Assembly (NCBI GenBank): GCA_036172245.1
Contig: JAYWIR010000001.1
Span: 1,240,001 to 1,304,000 of the forward strand
Reading direction: 5' to 3'
From: Raillietiella orientalis
Lineage: Eukaryota
DNA: 64,000 bases
A model generated the notes under the pieces. It searched no databases. It was not told where the DNA came from and saw nothing but the letters and a program-made list of their open reading frames with translations. Each line of letters starts with the position of its first letter. The first letter of the stretch is position 1. Position numbers and translations under genes: made by a program. Positions 11,601 through 23,400 of this stretch are shown here, piece by piece.

Positions 11601-13526
11601 ATTTTGAGCGGGCGACCTGGCAATCTGCGACGAGAAGGTCGCGCCGGGATGATTCGTTTATCGAGCGGAAGCAAACGTGCAAGAATAAGGAACGAAAGTG
11701 GAGGGTCTCGAGAAGAAGAACGAGGAGAAAGGTCATCATCAGACGGGGCCCACCGAATAGCAGGCCAGCGGGCAGGCATTGTCTGCAGCAAGGGGAGGGA
11801 AGCAGCGGCAAAGTAAACAAACCGGTGGATTCTCGAAGAGGTCGCCCGCTCCGCTCCTGCATCCCCAGGTCAGGGTGTGTTTCCTTGGGAACCTCCTGCT
11901 TGACTTCAGGTCGTCTGCGTGGCCTTCCACCCCCAATCTCCCACCCCGACCATTTTCCTCGCGAAAGAGACGAAGGTGCAGCATGCGGCCGGCCCTCCGA
12001 TGCTTCTGGTGCTGAGGAGGCCACGGTCCTTCTCCGCTGCCCGCGGCCCGACGGAGGAGCGCGCAGTGAAAACATTTCGTAGCGAAGGCACCGGGCTGCA
12101 GCAGCGGCCGAGGTAGTCGCACGTCCTCCCGGGATGCCGGAGCGCCCCCCTCCCCGCCAGCAGGGCTGCCGCCATCATCATCCTGTGCTAATTCCCGGCG
12201 AAGCCTCCTGGATTTACCGGAGGGGGAGCTACGCGACAGCTGATGATGAACGGCGGACGAGGAACCACGCGTCCGGATCCGGAGATAATCCTCCGCAGGC
12301 GATATCCGCCGCAGGGCACTTTCCGTTCGCTTCCTTCCTTATTTATTTATTTATTCTCGCTTCCCTCCCTCCTCGCCTCGGGATGTGCGCGAAGTCAGCT
12401 CGGCGAATCTTTTCCTCCGCGGTCGTTAATCGCGGAGATAACCCCCGTTTTCTTCCCGGAGCGCCGGGCCCCCCCGTTCCCGGCCGCGCGAAAGTTCCCG
12501 GATATTTTTATATTAAAAGTCGCCCGTAAATCAACGGCGCCGATGGAGTCGTCAGCCGTGCTCGCGCCGACGGTGGCGTTCGAGTCGGGCGATAATGAAA
12601 AGTAATGAGGACAAGGATCTCAATCTGCGGGATCATGCGGCGCGGAAAAGGAGATAATATTGTGCTCCGGCCGAAGCGAGGAAAGCTCCAGCTTCATTTC
12701 CACAAAGGATTCTTCCTCCTCCTGGGCCGGGAGGAGCATTAAGCGCGCGCGTTCGCCGGGCGGCGGCGGCGCGCGCGCGCGCTCTCTCTTCCGGGGCGCC
12801 GTTACGGGAAGTTCGGGCTCTCGCAGCCCGATGGCCGAGGAGCTAATCGATTGGAAACTGCTTGCCTTCGCTTTCCCTCCTTCCTTCCTTCCTTCCTCCC
12901 TCCCTTCCTTTGCCTTCCCGCTTTCCTCCACCACCACCCCCTCCCGTATTCCTCCTTCCAAGGGACGAACTTCTTCAGGCGGTCGGATGAATCCGAGCCA
13001 AGAAGGCGAGGACAGGGAAAGAAGCTGCGTCGTCGGGAAGGAGGGGACGAAGGGGGGGTCGGTGGAGCGGCTCCTGGCTTGGTGGCTCCCTCACCCCATC
13101 AGCATGTTTTTTTTTCATCTTTTTTCAGCTCTTTTACCGACCGACCGCTTTTCCAGCCCGAGCACGGACTTTTAAGAACGGCGTACTCCGGTGACCCTTG
13201 TGACCTCCCGCCCACCCATGTCCCTTCCCCGTTCGCTCCGTTGTATTCCCGGTGCTGGATCTTATGTCCTGTTGCCTTCCGGAGCGATCCCAAAGACCCT
13301 TGTCCCGTCCCACCTCATGTAGCGTTTTTCTTCTCTTTTTTGTTTGTTCTCCCCAATGCCTCACACCGTTCCGTACTATGTTATTCCGGCCTGCTTGCCA
13401 GGGAAATTTCTCCTGATCTTTGCCCAGTCGTCGGTTGGGAACCAGTTAGGAACTTGCTTCCCAACTGGTTTATTTTATATAATCTGAACGTTTATATTGA
13501 ATAAACGCCCCGGCGTGACCGAGTGA
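11600..13526. mobile_element. Scrambled L1/Tx1-like fragments ending in a plus-strand 3' UTR with AATAAA + hairpin
   Basis: Minus-strand RT-like LRESTGL (~11830); CCTT-rich tract; AATAAACGCCCCGGCGTGACCGAGTG at 13500-13525, nearly identical to the end of the 33.2-35.5 kb element. Confidence 0.45.
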
Positions 13527-13544
13527 GAAAGTCCGACCACGCTG

Positions 13545-13918
13545 CGACGGATGCAACCCGCGCCCTGCCATCTAACGGAGCACCCTTGGCTTCCTCCTTT
13601 CGGCGCTAGATGACTCTTCGCGCGCCTCTATCGCCACTGCACCGCCGCCACCGACAACTGGGAAACGCGTACGGTGCGTCGGAATGGAAGGGAGAGAGGA
13701 AGGGGGTCATCTCGACGGGGGTGGATGGGATGTGAGGCTGCAGTCGAGCGATCCTCCCTCCGTCCTGCGATGTCGTGTCCGGAGCGCCGCTGCTGTTGGT
13801 TGCTAGGGGGCAGCAGGACCTACAGTCCCAGAAAGGATGAGCTGCGACGCCCCACGGTGGAGACACCGAGAGCCTCGAATGCTCCCGGTGTCCGGAGAAG
13901 ACGGGGTCATCGAGGCAG
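13545..13918 (+). repeat. 374-bp direct repeat, copy 1 (copy 2 at 15612-15985)
   Basis: Colinear with offset 2067, no net indel, only scattered substitutions. Confidence 0.95.
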
Positions 13919-14286
13919 TCCTCCAGGGTGCCTTGTCGAGCGTGCCGCACGTGGATAACCCTCTGCTCTCGTAGAGGGACTCCCCGGCGCACTCCTCTCC
14001 TCCCGGCCCTGTGAAGACCACGCGTTTTCGTTGAGAAGGCAGCCCAGGGAGTGGCATCTGGGAAACCCCGACCTCACTTCTTGCTGGCCGAGCTCACTTC
14101 CTCTCACCGCGAGGCGAGGCGAATTTTGCCAGCAGTTAACGGCGCACTCGGCCGTGGTGACACGACCTTAAGGATGGGGAAGGGAGATAGGGTAGAGTCG
14201 CTTGCAAAGAATCCTCGGGGGGCAATCCCGCATTCCCTTGCACCTCTGAAACTCAGCACTCAGACTTCGGAACCATTTTTCCAGCC

Positions 14287-14360
14287 CGACGGATGTAACC
14301 CGCTCTCTGCCATCTAACGGAGCATGTTAGACTTTCTCTTTCCGACGCTAGATGTCTCTT
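14287..14360 (+). repeat. Third, diverged copy of the first 74 bp of the 374-bp repeat
   Basis: CGACGGATGTAACCCGC..CTGCCATCTAACGGAGCA...CGCTAGATGTCTCTT matches 13545-13618 and 15612-15685. Confidence 0.9.
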
Positions 14361-15611
14361 GGCCCGCGACACGGTGCGATGGGAGGCTGAGGGCGGCGGA
14401 CTACCTCCATGCTCGAAACGAACGGTTGACAGCGACTGCCGACCGGCAAATCGCGTTGCAGAAGAGCATCGTCGCCCGCGGCGCGATCCTGACGGAGCAC
14501 GCGCCCGCGCGAGTTCAGGTCGCGGGGGGAATAAAGCGCGATTCCCCCAGGACGTGGCGAGGAAACCGAAAGAATGGCGGACGGGCGGGGAAAAAGGGGG
14601 TATTCACTGGACCTTTTATTCGTGTTTGCGGTACGGCCATTACACGCTCGGAACACGTGCACGCAAACCGTCGCGGGGGCCCGTCCGTGCGGGAAGCGGC
14701 TCGGAGGCGGCAGCTGGTGCGAGGGCGGGACCTCCACGGAACCCTCAGGCCGCCGCCGCCGGCGCGGAAGGAAAGCACTGCGGGGTCGCCGCAGAGGGCG
14801 ACTCTCCGAGACCTCGGAAGCACAGCTCGCCCCCTTCCCCTTGCGGCCCTGCGGTTCGGAGCCACTTGGAGACCTCCCTCCGGGAACCGTGGTCACCGTC
14901 ACCCAGAGAGAGAGGTGTCTCCACCGACGGCGGTACTTCCAGAGCGGGACCGCGACTTCGACGGAGGGAGTGACTCCGTGCCCTGGGACGGCGCGGTGTT
15001 CCACGAGACAGCCTCTTCCCTCCACGCTTCTCAGCAGCTGCCCCCCCCCCCCCCCTGAAGACCGCAGCCCTGACGGGCTCGAGCAGCTCACCAAAAGAAG
15101 CGGCTCCTCCGACGGACGCAGGGAAGGAGGCGGGTCCAGATGCTGAACAGATGGTCAGGATCCAGGGGAAACCCTTCGCGCGCTCACCCCCTGTTCTTGT
15201 AGGGAGGACTCCCTGGCGCACTCTTCTCTTCTCGGCCCTCCGAAGAGCACGGGAGAGAGGAGCTATCGTTGGGAAGAGCAGCCGGTTTCGTGCGCGTGAG
15301 GGTTGCCGTAAGAACGCAGAGGGCGTTCCCTCGCTCTGGAGAAGCCGGGGCAACTAAGGTCGTCATGCCGATCGCCCTCTGGCGGGGGAGGCTGCTCGCT
15401 CCGACCCCATGGGGATCCCTGAGGGGGAGGGACTCGTGGCGCGACCGTTGCCGAAGCAACTCGGAAAAGCGCGTGACAGCAGGGTTCTGCCGAGGCGACC
15501 TCTTCCTTCTTGACTCACGCCCGCTCACGCCTGGGGGAATAACCCTCAGGAGAGTCAGTCTGCGAGAGAGGGAGGCGAGGAAGGGAGGGAGAGGAATCCC
15601 CAGCGCACCCA

Positions 15612-15985
15612 TGGCAGATTCAACCCGCAGTCTGCCATCTACCGGAGCACTCTTAGCTTCCTCCTTTCGGCGCTAGATGACTCTTCGCGCGCCTCTATCG
15701 CCACTGCACCGCCGCCATCGACAACTGGGAAACGCGCACGGTGCGGCGGAATGGAAGGGAGAGAGGAAGGGGGTCATCTCGACGGGGGTGGATGGGATGT
15801 GAGGCTGCAGTCGAGCGATCCTCATTCCGTCCTGCGATGTCGTGTCCGGAGCGCCGCTGCTGTTGGTTGCTAGGGGGCAGCAGGACCTACAGTCCCAGAA
15901 AAGATGAGCTGCGACGCCCCACGGTGGAGACACCGAGAGCCTCGAACGCTCCCGGTGTCCAGCGAAGAGGGAGTCATCGAGGCAG
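15612..15985 (+). repeat. 374-bp direct repeat, copy 2; probable 5' end of the following L1/Tx1-like element
   Basis: Near-identical to 13545-13918 and followed by APE and RT remnants. Confidence 0.95.
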
Positions 15986-18900
15986 CCCAGAGCGCCCGCC
16001 GAGCGTGTCGCAGGTGGCGCGGCACGTCGAATGTAGGGCCCGGCAGCATCCTGCCTGCCTCCCACCAACCGGCCAGTAGAAACGGAAGCTTCCTGTGGAC
16101 CAGGGATCCACACAGCATCCCATCCGCCTTGTCTGCCTCCCTCTGGCGATTTCGAGCAGGCCAGCAGACTCCGGGGAAGCACGTTGGCCGTAGACTCCCA
16201 GGTCGCCTTCCTGGGGTCAGTCGCTTGCTCACGTCCGGAGCGGCCACGAAAGGTGGTTGACGCTGGGTCCACGGGATGGGCTCGGGGGCATTCCGGAGCT
16301 TTCAGATGGGAAAGCTGCCTGCCTGCCGAGAACGAACCGGCGACGGGGAAGACGAGGAAAAGCGTGTCGCGCCGGCGAATTCTGCCATCTATGATTGCCG
16401 GCGAGAAGCAAAACGGCAATCTCCGTGTCCCCGGCTTCCAGTGACTGACGGCAGTTTCCCCCTCCGGGAGCGAAGAGTTCTCTCCCGGGAACTGCTGCTG
16501 CCGCCGCAGGTGCAGAAGGAAAAGGGAAACGAGAGTCTCTCCGCCGACTGACCTCAGAAGGGGAACCACACTTCGGTCTTTGGAGCGAGGGCTGAAGAAG
16601 AGAAGGACGAGATGAAGTCGCGGAACCCCACGAGCGGGATGCGGGTTGCCAGGATGAACGCGCAGAGAACCTCAGCAGATGACCCAGAAGGAAAAGGTTT
16701 TCCGGGAGGGGGTCGTGGTCCATAGGAAGGGCAGCATGGGGGAGGGGGAAGCTCCCAAAGCAGGAGCGCTGGACCCGCGCACATCTTTGTCGTCGCCTTC
16801 CAGGTCAGCTCCTCCGCGTGGGAGGCTGCCCGCCTGGGTACGACGTAAGCGGAAGTATCCTCTTCGATAGGGCGGAGTCCTTCTTTCGCCTTCGCCGCTG
16901 CCGCCGCCTGGGACGAACACCCCCGGAACTCGTTTGCCCTCCACCCTTCGCTCTAGAGAACAGGGGAAGACGGTCCGGCAGGGGAGGGTCCAGCATCCCC
17001 CAGCGCGGGATCGATTCTTCGCGCGCCGCTCCCTTCCTCCCGCGGGAAGCTGGATCGCCTCGAGCGTGCGCCCGAGAGAGAGGTCACCCCCACGGGAAGG
17101 CGTCGCCTCCCGTGCGGGTTCTTCTCTCCTACCGCCCAGATGTTCTGCTGCTGCATCCTCAGACCCTCCCGCTGCCCGCAGAAGCAACCGGTGCGGTGCC
17201 TTGCCGAAAGGAACTCACGGGATGCTCCTGGACTCGGACCTCGGCCGGGCCGCCCTCTCCCCCATCTGAAATCTAAGAGCAGACTGGTTGACGTCATTCC
17301 GGCTTCGACCTCTCCCCGTTTTCCTTCTCATCTAGACGGACGCCGGCTGCACTGGGGAAGGAGGGGGGTAAAATCAGGTGCCCTGTTCGCCCCGCATCCC
17401 GCTCCTGCGACCAGTGAGCGCACTGCGGACCCACGGTCAGGGCTGCTCCCTGCCTCGTTTCCGAGCCGGACACCTTTGGAGTCGCGGCGCCACGCAGCCT
17501 CCTCGAGGAGGGGCGGAATCCAAAGCGCGTGTCACCATTCGTCGTCGGGCGAGGCGGCACCACTCGCGGTCGACTGGCGCCTCCGGGACTTCTGCTGAAA
17601 CCGCACGGACTCGGACGTCCGCCGGTATACACGCTGGCAACCGACCCACCGTCACAAGACCGGGACTTCGGGAAAAGGCACCTGGAAGTGACCAGCGACG
17701 TAGTTGGCCTCGAACTCCAGAGTGGAGAACGAGACCCTTTCTGGCTCCTTTTCGGCCACTGCAATCCCTGGCTTGAGGAGGAGGAAGAGGAAGTGAGGGA
17801 GGAGGAGGAAAAAGGATGGGGAGGGAGGAAAATACATGGCAGGCGCTAGAAGTTTTGGGACCTCCCGCGTCTTCCTGCAAAAAGCAGGTTGCTCCCCTGA
17901 GTAAGTTCTGCACCGGTCTGGCACTCCGCGCGCCATCGAACTGGGAGCTGCTGAAAGTCGGAGTCATCCGGTTGCGAGCGCCACTGTCGAGCCAAAGGAA
18001 GTGCCGGTCCTTTTTTGTCTTTTTTAGTTCAGAGAGCCTCTCCGGGATGGAGCTGCTCGGTACTCTTTTGTGCCACGACGCACTCCGAGCGGCTCCACGG
18101 AGTGGGTCGTCCTAACGTGCCGCTATCCACGTGGACCGTTCCGAAGCAGGAAACACAACCACCTCCCTCAGGGGCCTCGAGACTTGCACGTCTTTCTTGC
18201 TGGGAAGCCGCGCACCCGGGCGCGTGGCTTCTCCCTCTTTTCTCAAGGCGGTCCCCTCAGAGGACCGCTCCACGAACCCCTAGCGGAGTCGGGAGCGCAA
18301 GCCTCGCAGGTGGCGCTGCAGGGTCTGCGAGGCTGGATCCACGCATGAACGAGTGCGTCGCCATGGAATCTTGGAGCGGAAGGGGTATCCCTCGAGCCGC
18401 AAGGTGGCTCCTTCACTTCTCGACCGGAGAGGGTGGTCCCTTCACGGGCAGCGGTATCCGAAGACGAGTGCGGATTCCGGCTTTCTCCCGGATCTGCGCT
18501 CCTCCCGATCCCTCCAGGCGGCGCCGCCCTTCGGCCGACCGCTCGCCGACCAGGGGAGCCTCCCGTAGGCGAAGGTCCTCGGAGCGAACAGGAGGTGCCC
18601 CTCCCTCCGACCGCGCGAGCCCCGGTGTTGCCACGCGCCCCACCCGGGAGCGCCGGAGTCGCCAGTGGGGGGACAGCGGCGGCACGCACGTCTAACGGGG
18701 CGGGGCAAGGGCGCCGACGGTGAGGTGGGCGCGCGTGGCGCAATGCATCAGTAGTCAGCTACCCTGTGATCCATGGACGGGCGCCTTCCGCCCGCAAAAA
18801 GTGACCTTGGGAAAGCGGGTGTCGGCTTACACGGATGCCGTTCCCAAGGTTTCTTCTCTTTCTCGCTGCGAAAGGTACGGGAATTCGTCACGTAAGTTCG
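15612..18900 (+). mobile_element. Degenerate L1/Tx1-like element (5' repeat, ORF1 remnant, APE, RT to about domain 4), truncated at the AT-rich block
   Basis: ERGLKKRR (~16585), EGVVVHRKG (~16710), RDRFF (~17010), NWELLKVGVIRL (~17940), GSGIRR..PAFS (RT4 ~18450). Confidence 0.5.
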
Positions 18901-18904
18901 ACTT

Positions 18905-19851
18905 GTAGCGTACACATACATGCGTATGTATGCACTGCAAAATGATTTTCGTGTACGTAGGTACATGCCACACATGCATTGCATTATATATATCGAAAAA
19001 TGATTTCAATATACGTACATACATGTAACGTATATATTGCATGATGAACATTATAAAATGATCTATATATATATATTTAATTGCATGTTAATATATGTAT
19101 TACGAGATGATGTAAATATGCAGTGTTATTATTTATATATGCACACACGTCATTATATATTAATGCATGTATTAAATAACATATATGTGTATATATGTTA
19201 TTTAATACATATATGTGAATATATATGTGTATGCATATTAAATAACCACTAGTTGATTAAATATCTTATTTTTCATTTGACGTTTAATATAATATTTATA
19301 ATGGCATCTTAGAAGTTTTAGAGAAAGGTTCTTTGCAAAATGTAAAATCCTCAGTGTTTAGAATGATAATAAATAATTGACCATCTATAATATAGTGAGG
19401 ATGCTTGCACTGAATAGAAGTTTCAGAAACGACTGTGTGTCTATTAATTAAAACGGAGTGAGGTAAATTTTATTTTTGAAAATATTTTTGCATATATGTA
19501 AATGGGTACGCACCTATATATGTATATACACATACGTGTGTACTCATTTGCGCCTATGGATATTAAAAAAAATGGCATTCATAAAGACGCATATGTGTGA
19601 TACGTGCTATCGTTCGCTGCACGCATAAGATCTTTACATACAAATGCGTATGCACAATATGAAGAAATCATTATTATGTACATATATATGTATAAGGAAT
19701 GCTTTATTATGTATGTGTTTATAGATGAGGAAATCTTTATTAAATATATCTACTAAATGTACGTATTTAAATATAATATGGCATCGAGCATATTCAGAAA
19801 TCTTTATTATGTCCATACATACAGATATAGACATGAGGAAATCTTTATGTG

Positions 19852-19904
<53 letters not shown>

Positions 19905-19905
19905 A
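18905..19905. repeat. AT-rich TA/TG/CA degenerate microsatellite block with a minisatellite and (TA)22 at 19853-19896
   Basis: Abrupt GC-to-AT switch; (A)GAAATCTTTATTATGT-like units recur from about 19660 to 19850; pure TA run. Confidence 0.9.
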
Positions 19906-19949
19906 AACTACGCGTCCGCTGTCCGTGATCACGTGGTTTGCCATTAAAT

Positions 19950-20500
19950 TTCAGTATTAGGAAGTACTTAGGATGTGTGGACGGGCAGCACCGAATTTCC
20001 GTCGCGGAAAAGATAGGAGCCGGAAACCGCCGGGAGGCTTCGGGAGCCCCAGTCGCGGTCAAACGCAAGAGTGGGCATTTCTCGATCCCGCAGAAACTGT
20101 AGGGGTCAGCGCGTGCATTTTCCACGAGGCCAAGGCTCCATGCAAAGCTGCTGCCAAGTTTCCAGCATTCATTCCCAGGGGATCGGGCACTTCAACTCCA
20201 CGGCGGCACAGGAATTTCGCATTTCCGGGCTCCGGATGCAGAGTTCCCGTTGCACGGATCTGTGTCTTGGCCGTGCACCTTGCTTCCCGCGGATGTAGCG
20301 GAGCCGGCATCTCGTTTCTCGCACCCGCATCCACCTGGCGGACCCCGGTGTGGTGTTTGCGGGAAATCCCCGGCTTTCTTGCTGACTCACTTGGCTCCCA
20401 GGGAAAGGATGCCGGGGCCGAACGGCTTAACGGTCGCGATCCTTGCAGGCAATCTTGCCGGCTTGGACAGGTGACGAGGCTGTGACGAATCGCCCGACCC
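19950..20500 (+). mobile_element. Possible Tx1-like ORF1 remnant
   Basis: HPPGGPRCGVCGK, resembling the start of a gag knuckle; no other support. Confidence 0.3.
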
Positions 20501-20699
20501 GTTGGCCGAACGTCATGGGAGGGTTTCCGGTTTAAGAGAAAGAAAGGAGGGAAGAAACAAGTCGACTTAAGTAGTCCAGCTTCACAGGTGAGCAGGTACC
20601 ACCAGATCTGCATTGCAGTGGAAACCGAGCCCCGTCGACGCCGCTTTCTGCCCGTGCGTGTCACCACTTTGTGTTGAGGGTATTAAGGTTGAGGCCGAA

Positions 20700-23400
20700 A
20701 AGGAAAATGAAGTCTTCCATCCCTCAGGGAAGTGCTTCCTAATCGTTCCTTGTGACTTGCTCTAGCAGCAGTAATTCCTTTGTTCAGTGATGTAGTTGGA
20801 CACAGCCGCAAGGAAGCCACCAAGTTTTAGATGGCTGAACATGACAGTCAGTGCTGACTAATGGAACGAAGGAATTCCATTGAAAGGAGACCATTTAGAG
20901 ACGAATTCTCGGTAAGGCGGGAGATGCAGATTTTTTTTCGAAGCCTATAGAAGAGATCTGCGATCGCGCACGGAGATGCCCCCGCAGTGGGCGGAACTGA
21001 CTGGGTGACCACAAACCCGCGAGGAACTCTCTTCTCGAATCAGTAGGCTCACTTGAATCGTCTTCCTTCTAGGCAGGAGGATTTCACAGAGGTCTCTGAA
21101 ATCTGCTCTGATGATCTTAGTAAGAAGAAAAGTCAGTGAGCAGTAGCACCGCGCAGTCATCAGTGAAACCTATGAAAAAGAAAAGGAGTCTGCTTCGGAT
21201 AAGAAATCGCACAGGATAGAGGATCCTCACGAGCAGCTCCTGATCCAGCCTCCGAATGCAGGTAGGTTGCTCTCATTGGTGCATCTTGAGCACCTCTTTA
21301 CGTGGCTATGCCACGGAAAGGCATCCTCTGACTCCACAGTTTTTCCAGTCTCACATGCGACCTGCGGACAACTTGGATGATTCTCCGCTCCATCCGGAAG
21401 TGTAAAGACACCACATGCTAATCCATACAAATAGGAACAGAAAGATCATTATAAAGATCAACACGAGGCTGCCAGATGAATTTCTTTGTGATGGTTGAAA
21501 TCGGGAATCATCGCATACGGCAAACGCCGTCTATGCCCTATGGAGCTCAAATTCAATGAGGATCCGATCCCAAGAACTGCTCAAGATGTGATTTGGATCA
21601 CTTCAAGATGCAGGAAGAGGATTCTGAAATCCTTTTCTTGGTGCTCTTCGAAACCTTTGCTGACTGATTTCTCGTTTACACGGATGCTGCGTGCGGGGAA
21701 TCCAAGCATCCTATGTAGAGTTTCATAGATCTCTGAGGCTGTTTGTAGCATAGTAGCACCAATTACGACGATGAGTCAGAGCGGTTGCAGGTTTTGGACC
21801 ACTTACCTTTGGACCTTTGAGAGAACGCAGGATGCGTACTTTCTGCTGCGGTTCCTTGACCTTGTTTATTGGTCATTTTTGGCTTCTAAACTCTTAGTTT
21901 TCAAGACTCCATGCTTTAAAAAAGATTGCAGAAGCCATGACTAAGATCGGGAAAGAAGATCGAGAGGCCTCATGTCAGCCCTAATAGGCAAACATGGAGA
22001 TTGGGGAGCACTGACCCCACGTGGAGATACTGGTCGTGGCTCACTAACTGAAGATAGTGCCTAGGAGCAAGGAACTGTGGCAGGAAGAAATGGCCATGGT
22101 GATTCCTCACTTCATAAGGGTCCCTCGAGAGACCTAGAAATGGTCAAAGGCCAAGAGTGACCGTTCGTGACTGCGAACAGTTCGCCACGGGTGGCAATTA
22201 TCACAAAATGCGACTGTATCGCTGCATCACGAAAATGATGCAGCCGCAGGACCCTCGAGCTCTGGAAACATCAAACAACCAATGTGTGACGCCTGGTCAC
22301 CAGAACCAACAACCGCGAGGAAACGAAGGGTAAACAGGAAGAAGATGACACACTCGACGTGGCTGCCAATAGCTACGGGATCTGGAACGTGAACCTGCTA
22401 GAGGTTGGCACAACCTTCTGAAGGAGAGAACTACCATAGGACATCCAAGATGAACTGATTTATTACCATGGGGGAACACTCAGTGGCTCTAGACTGAAAT
22501 GTTGGAGAGGCAACAGCCAAGAAGAGTTCTGCAAGGCACGTGGAGCCAGGGAAATCCAGCTTCACATTCCCACTTGCCCAACGCTGCTTATCAGGATTGG
22601 ACAACGCTGAAGGCGGTTGACCACCCTGCAAGCGAAAACGAAAATGGAGATCTCGGCGGGAATGTTTGAAGGGAACGGGAGCGTTTTCCGTTACAATCCC
22701 ATGGTCCGCACCACTATCTCTCTCTTCATCACAAGCATCGTGATAATAAGGGCAGAGATGAGGAACATAGGAACCTGCCATGAACATCACAGAAGGAGTG
22801 AGTCATAGGGGGATTGGGATCAAGAACTGAGGCAGAATACCCTCCTGGGCATGCCGCTACACCTTGAAGAAGATCATGGATGCCGCCCAAGTCAGGGAAC
22901 TATCCACCAGACCCGGGTGGCCCTCCTTCAATAGAGAAAGAATCCCAAATGTGGAGAAAGAAAGTGACACTCTGTGTCTTGAACTTTTGCGTGCAGGAAC
23001 ACTCAAGAAAGTGTCTGCCGAAATGTGTGGACGGTTAATTTGTAGGAAAGTGGTTAAAAAAAACTCACCCCACTGCTGGCCGGATTGGAGACAACTAAGA
23101 TCGGGAAAAGAACTCCAGTTATGCACAGAAAAACAATTGCTTTCGGGGAAAGTGTCGAGAATAGGTGCAAGAAGGGGTGAAACATGGAGCAGATGGGTCT
23201 TTCCAATCATACTCCCTTCCTACTCATTCTGCTCCAATCTTGTCCCATAGCGTCAGGTGAGCTGGAAAAGACGAAAACCCCGAGTACGATGAGGATAAGC
23301 TTATAAACTTCTATCTCAAGAGAGTGTCCGGATGTTTCCTGGCTCACTTGAGTCCACTTTGAAACTCTGAAAGGGTCGAACAGGCATCCATGGCAAGTCG
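20700..23400 (-). mobile_element. Degenerate Utopia/NeSL-like element with a probable inverted block starting about 21420
   Basis: Minus: LLKEGHP (RT1), GCCLS (RT4), GCPMVVLSF..LAGS (RT5), KRCSRCTNESNLP (knuckle), VSKWSPFN and LVASL (RLE). Plus 21420-21750: PYK*, RLCPMELK, FLVYT (RT7/linker). Confidence 0.5.

Noticed and set aside
13545-15985. CRISPR array or DIRS/Ngaro split-repeat element
   Set aside because: Repeats are few, long and irregularly spaced in a eukaryotic context; no tyrosine recombinase or LTR-type RT/RNase H motifs were seen.
5588-18743. Numerous long overlapping ORFs (200-330 aa) in the ORF track
   Set aside because: They are Arg/Pro/Gly/Ser-rich, occur in all six frames as expected for high GC, and real motifs jump between frames; none is an intact gene.
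19634-20125. ORFs containing YIYIYI repeats
   Set aside because: Translation of the (TA)n microsatellite.
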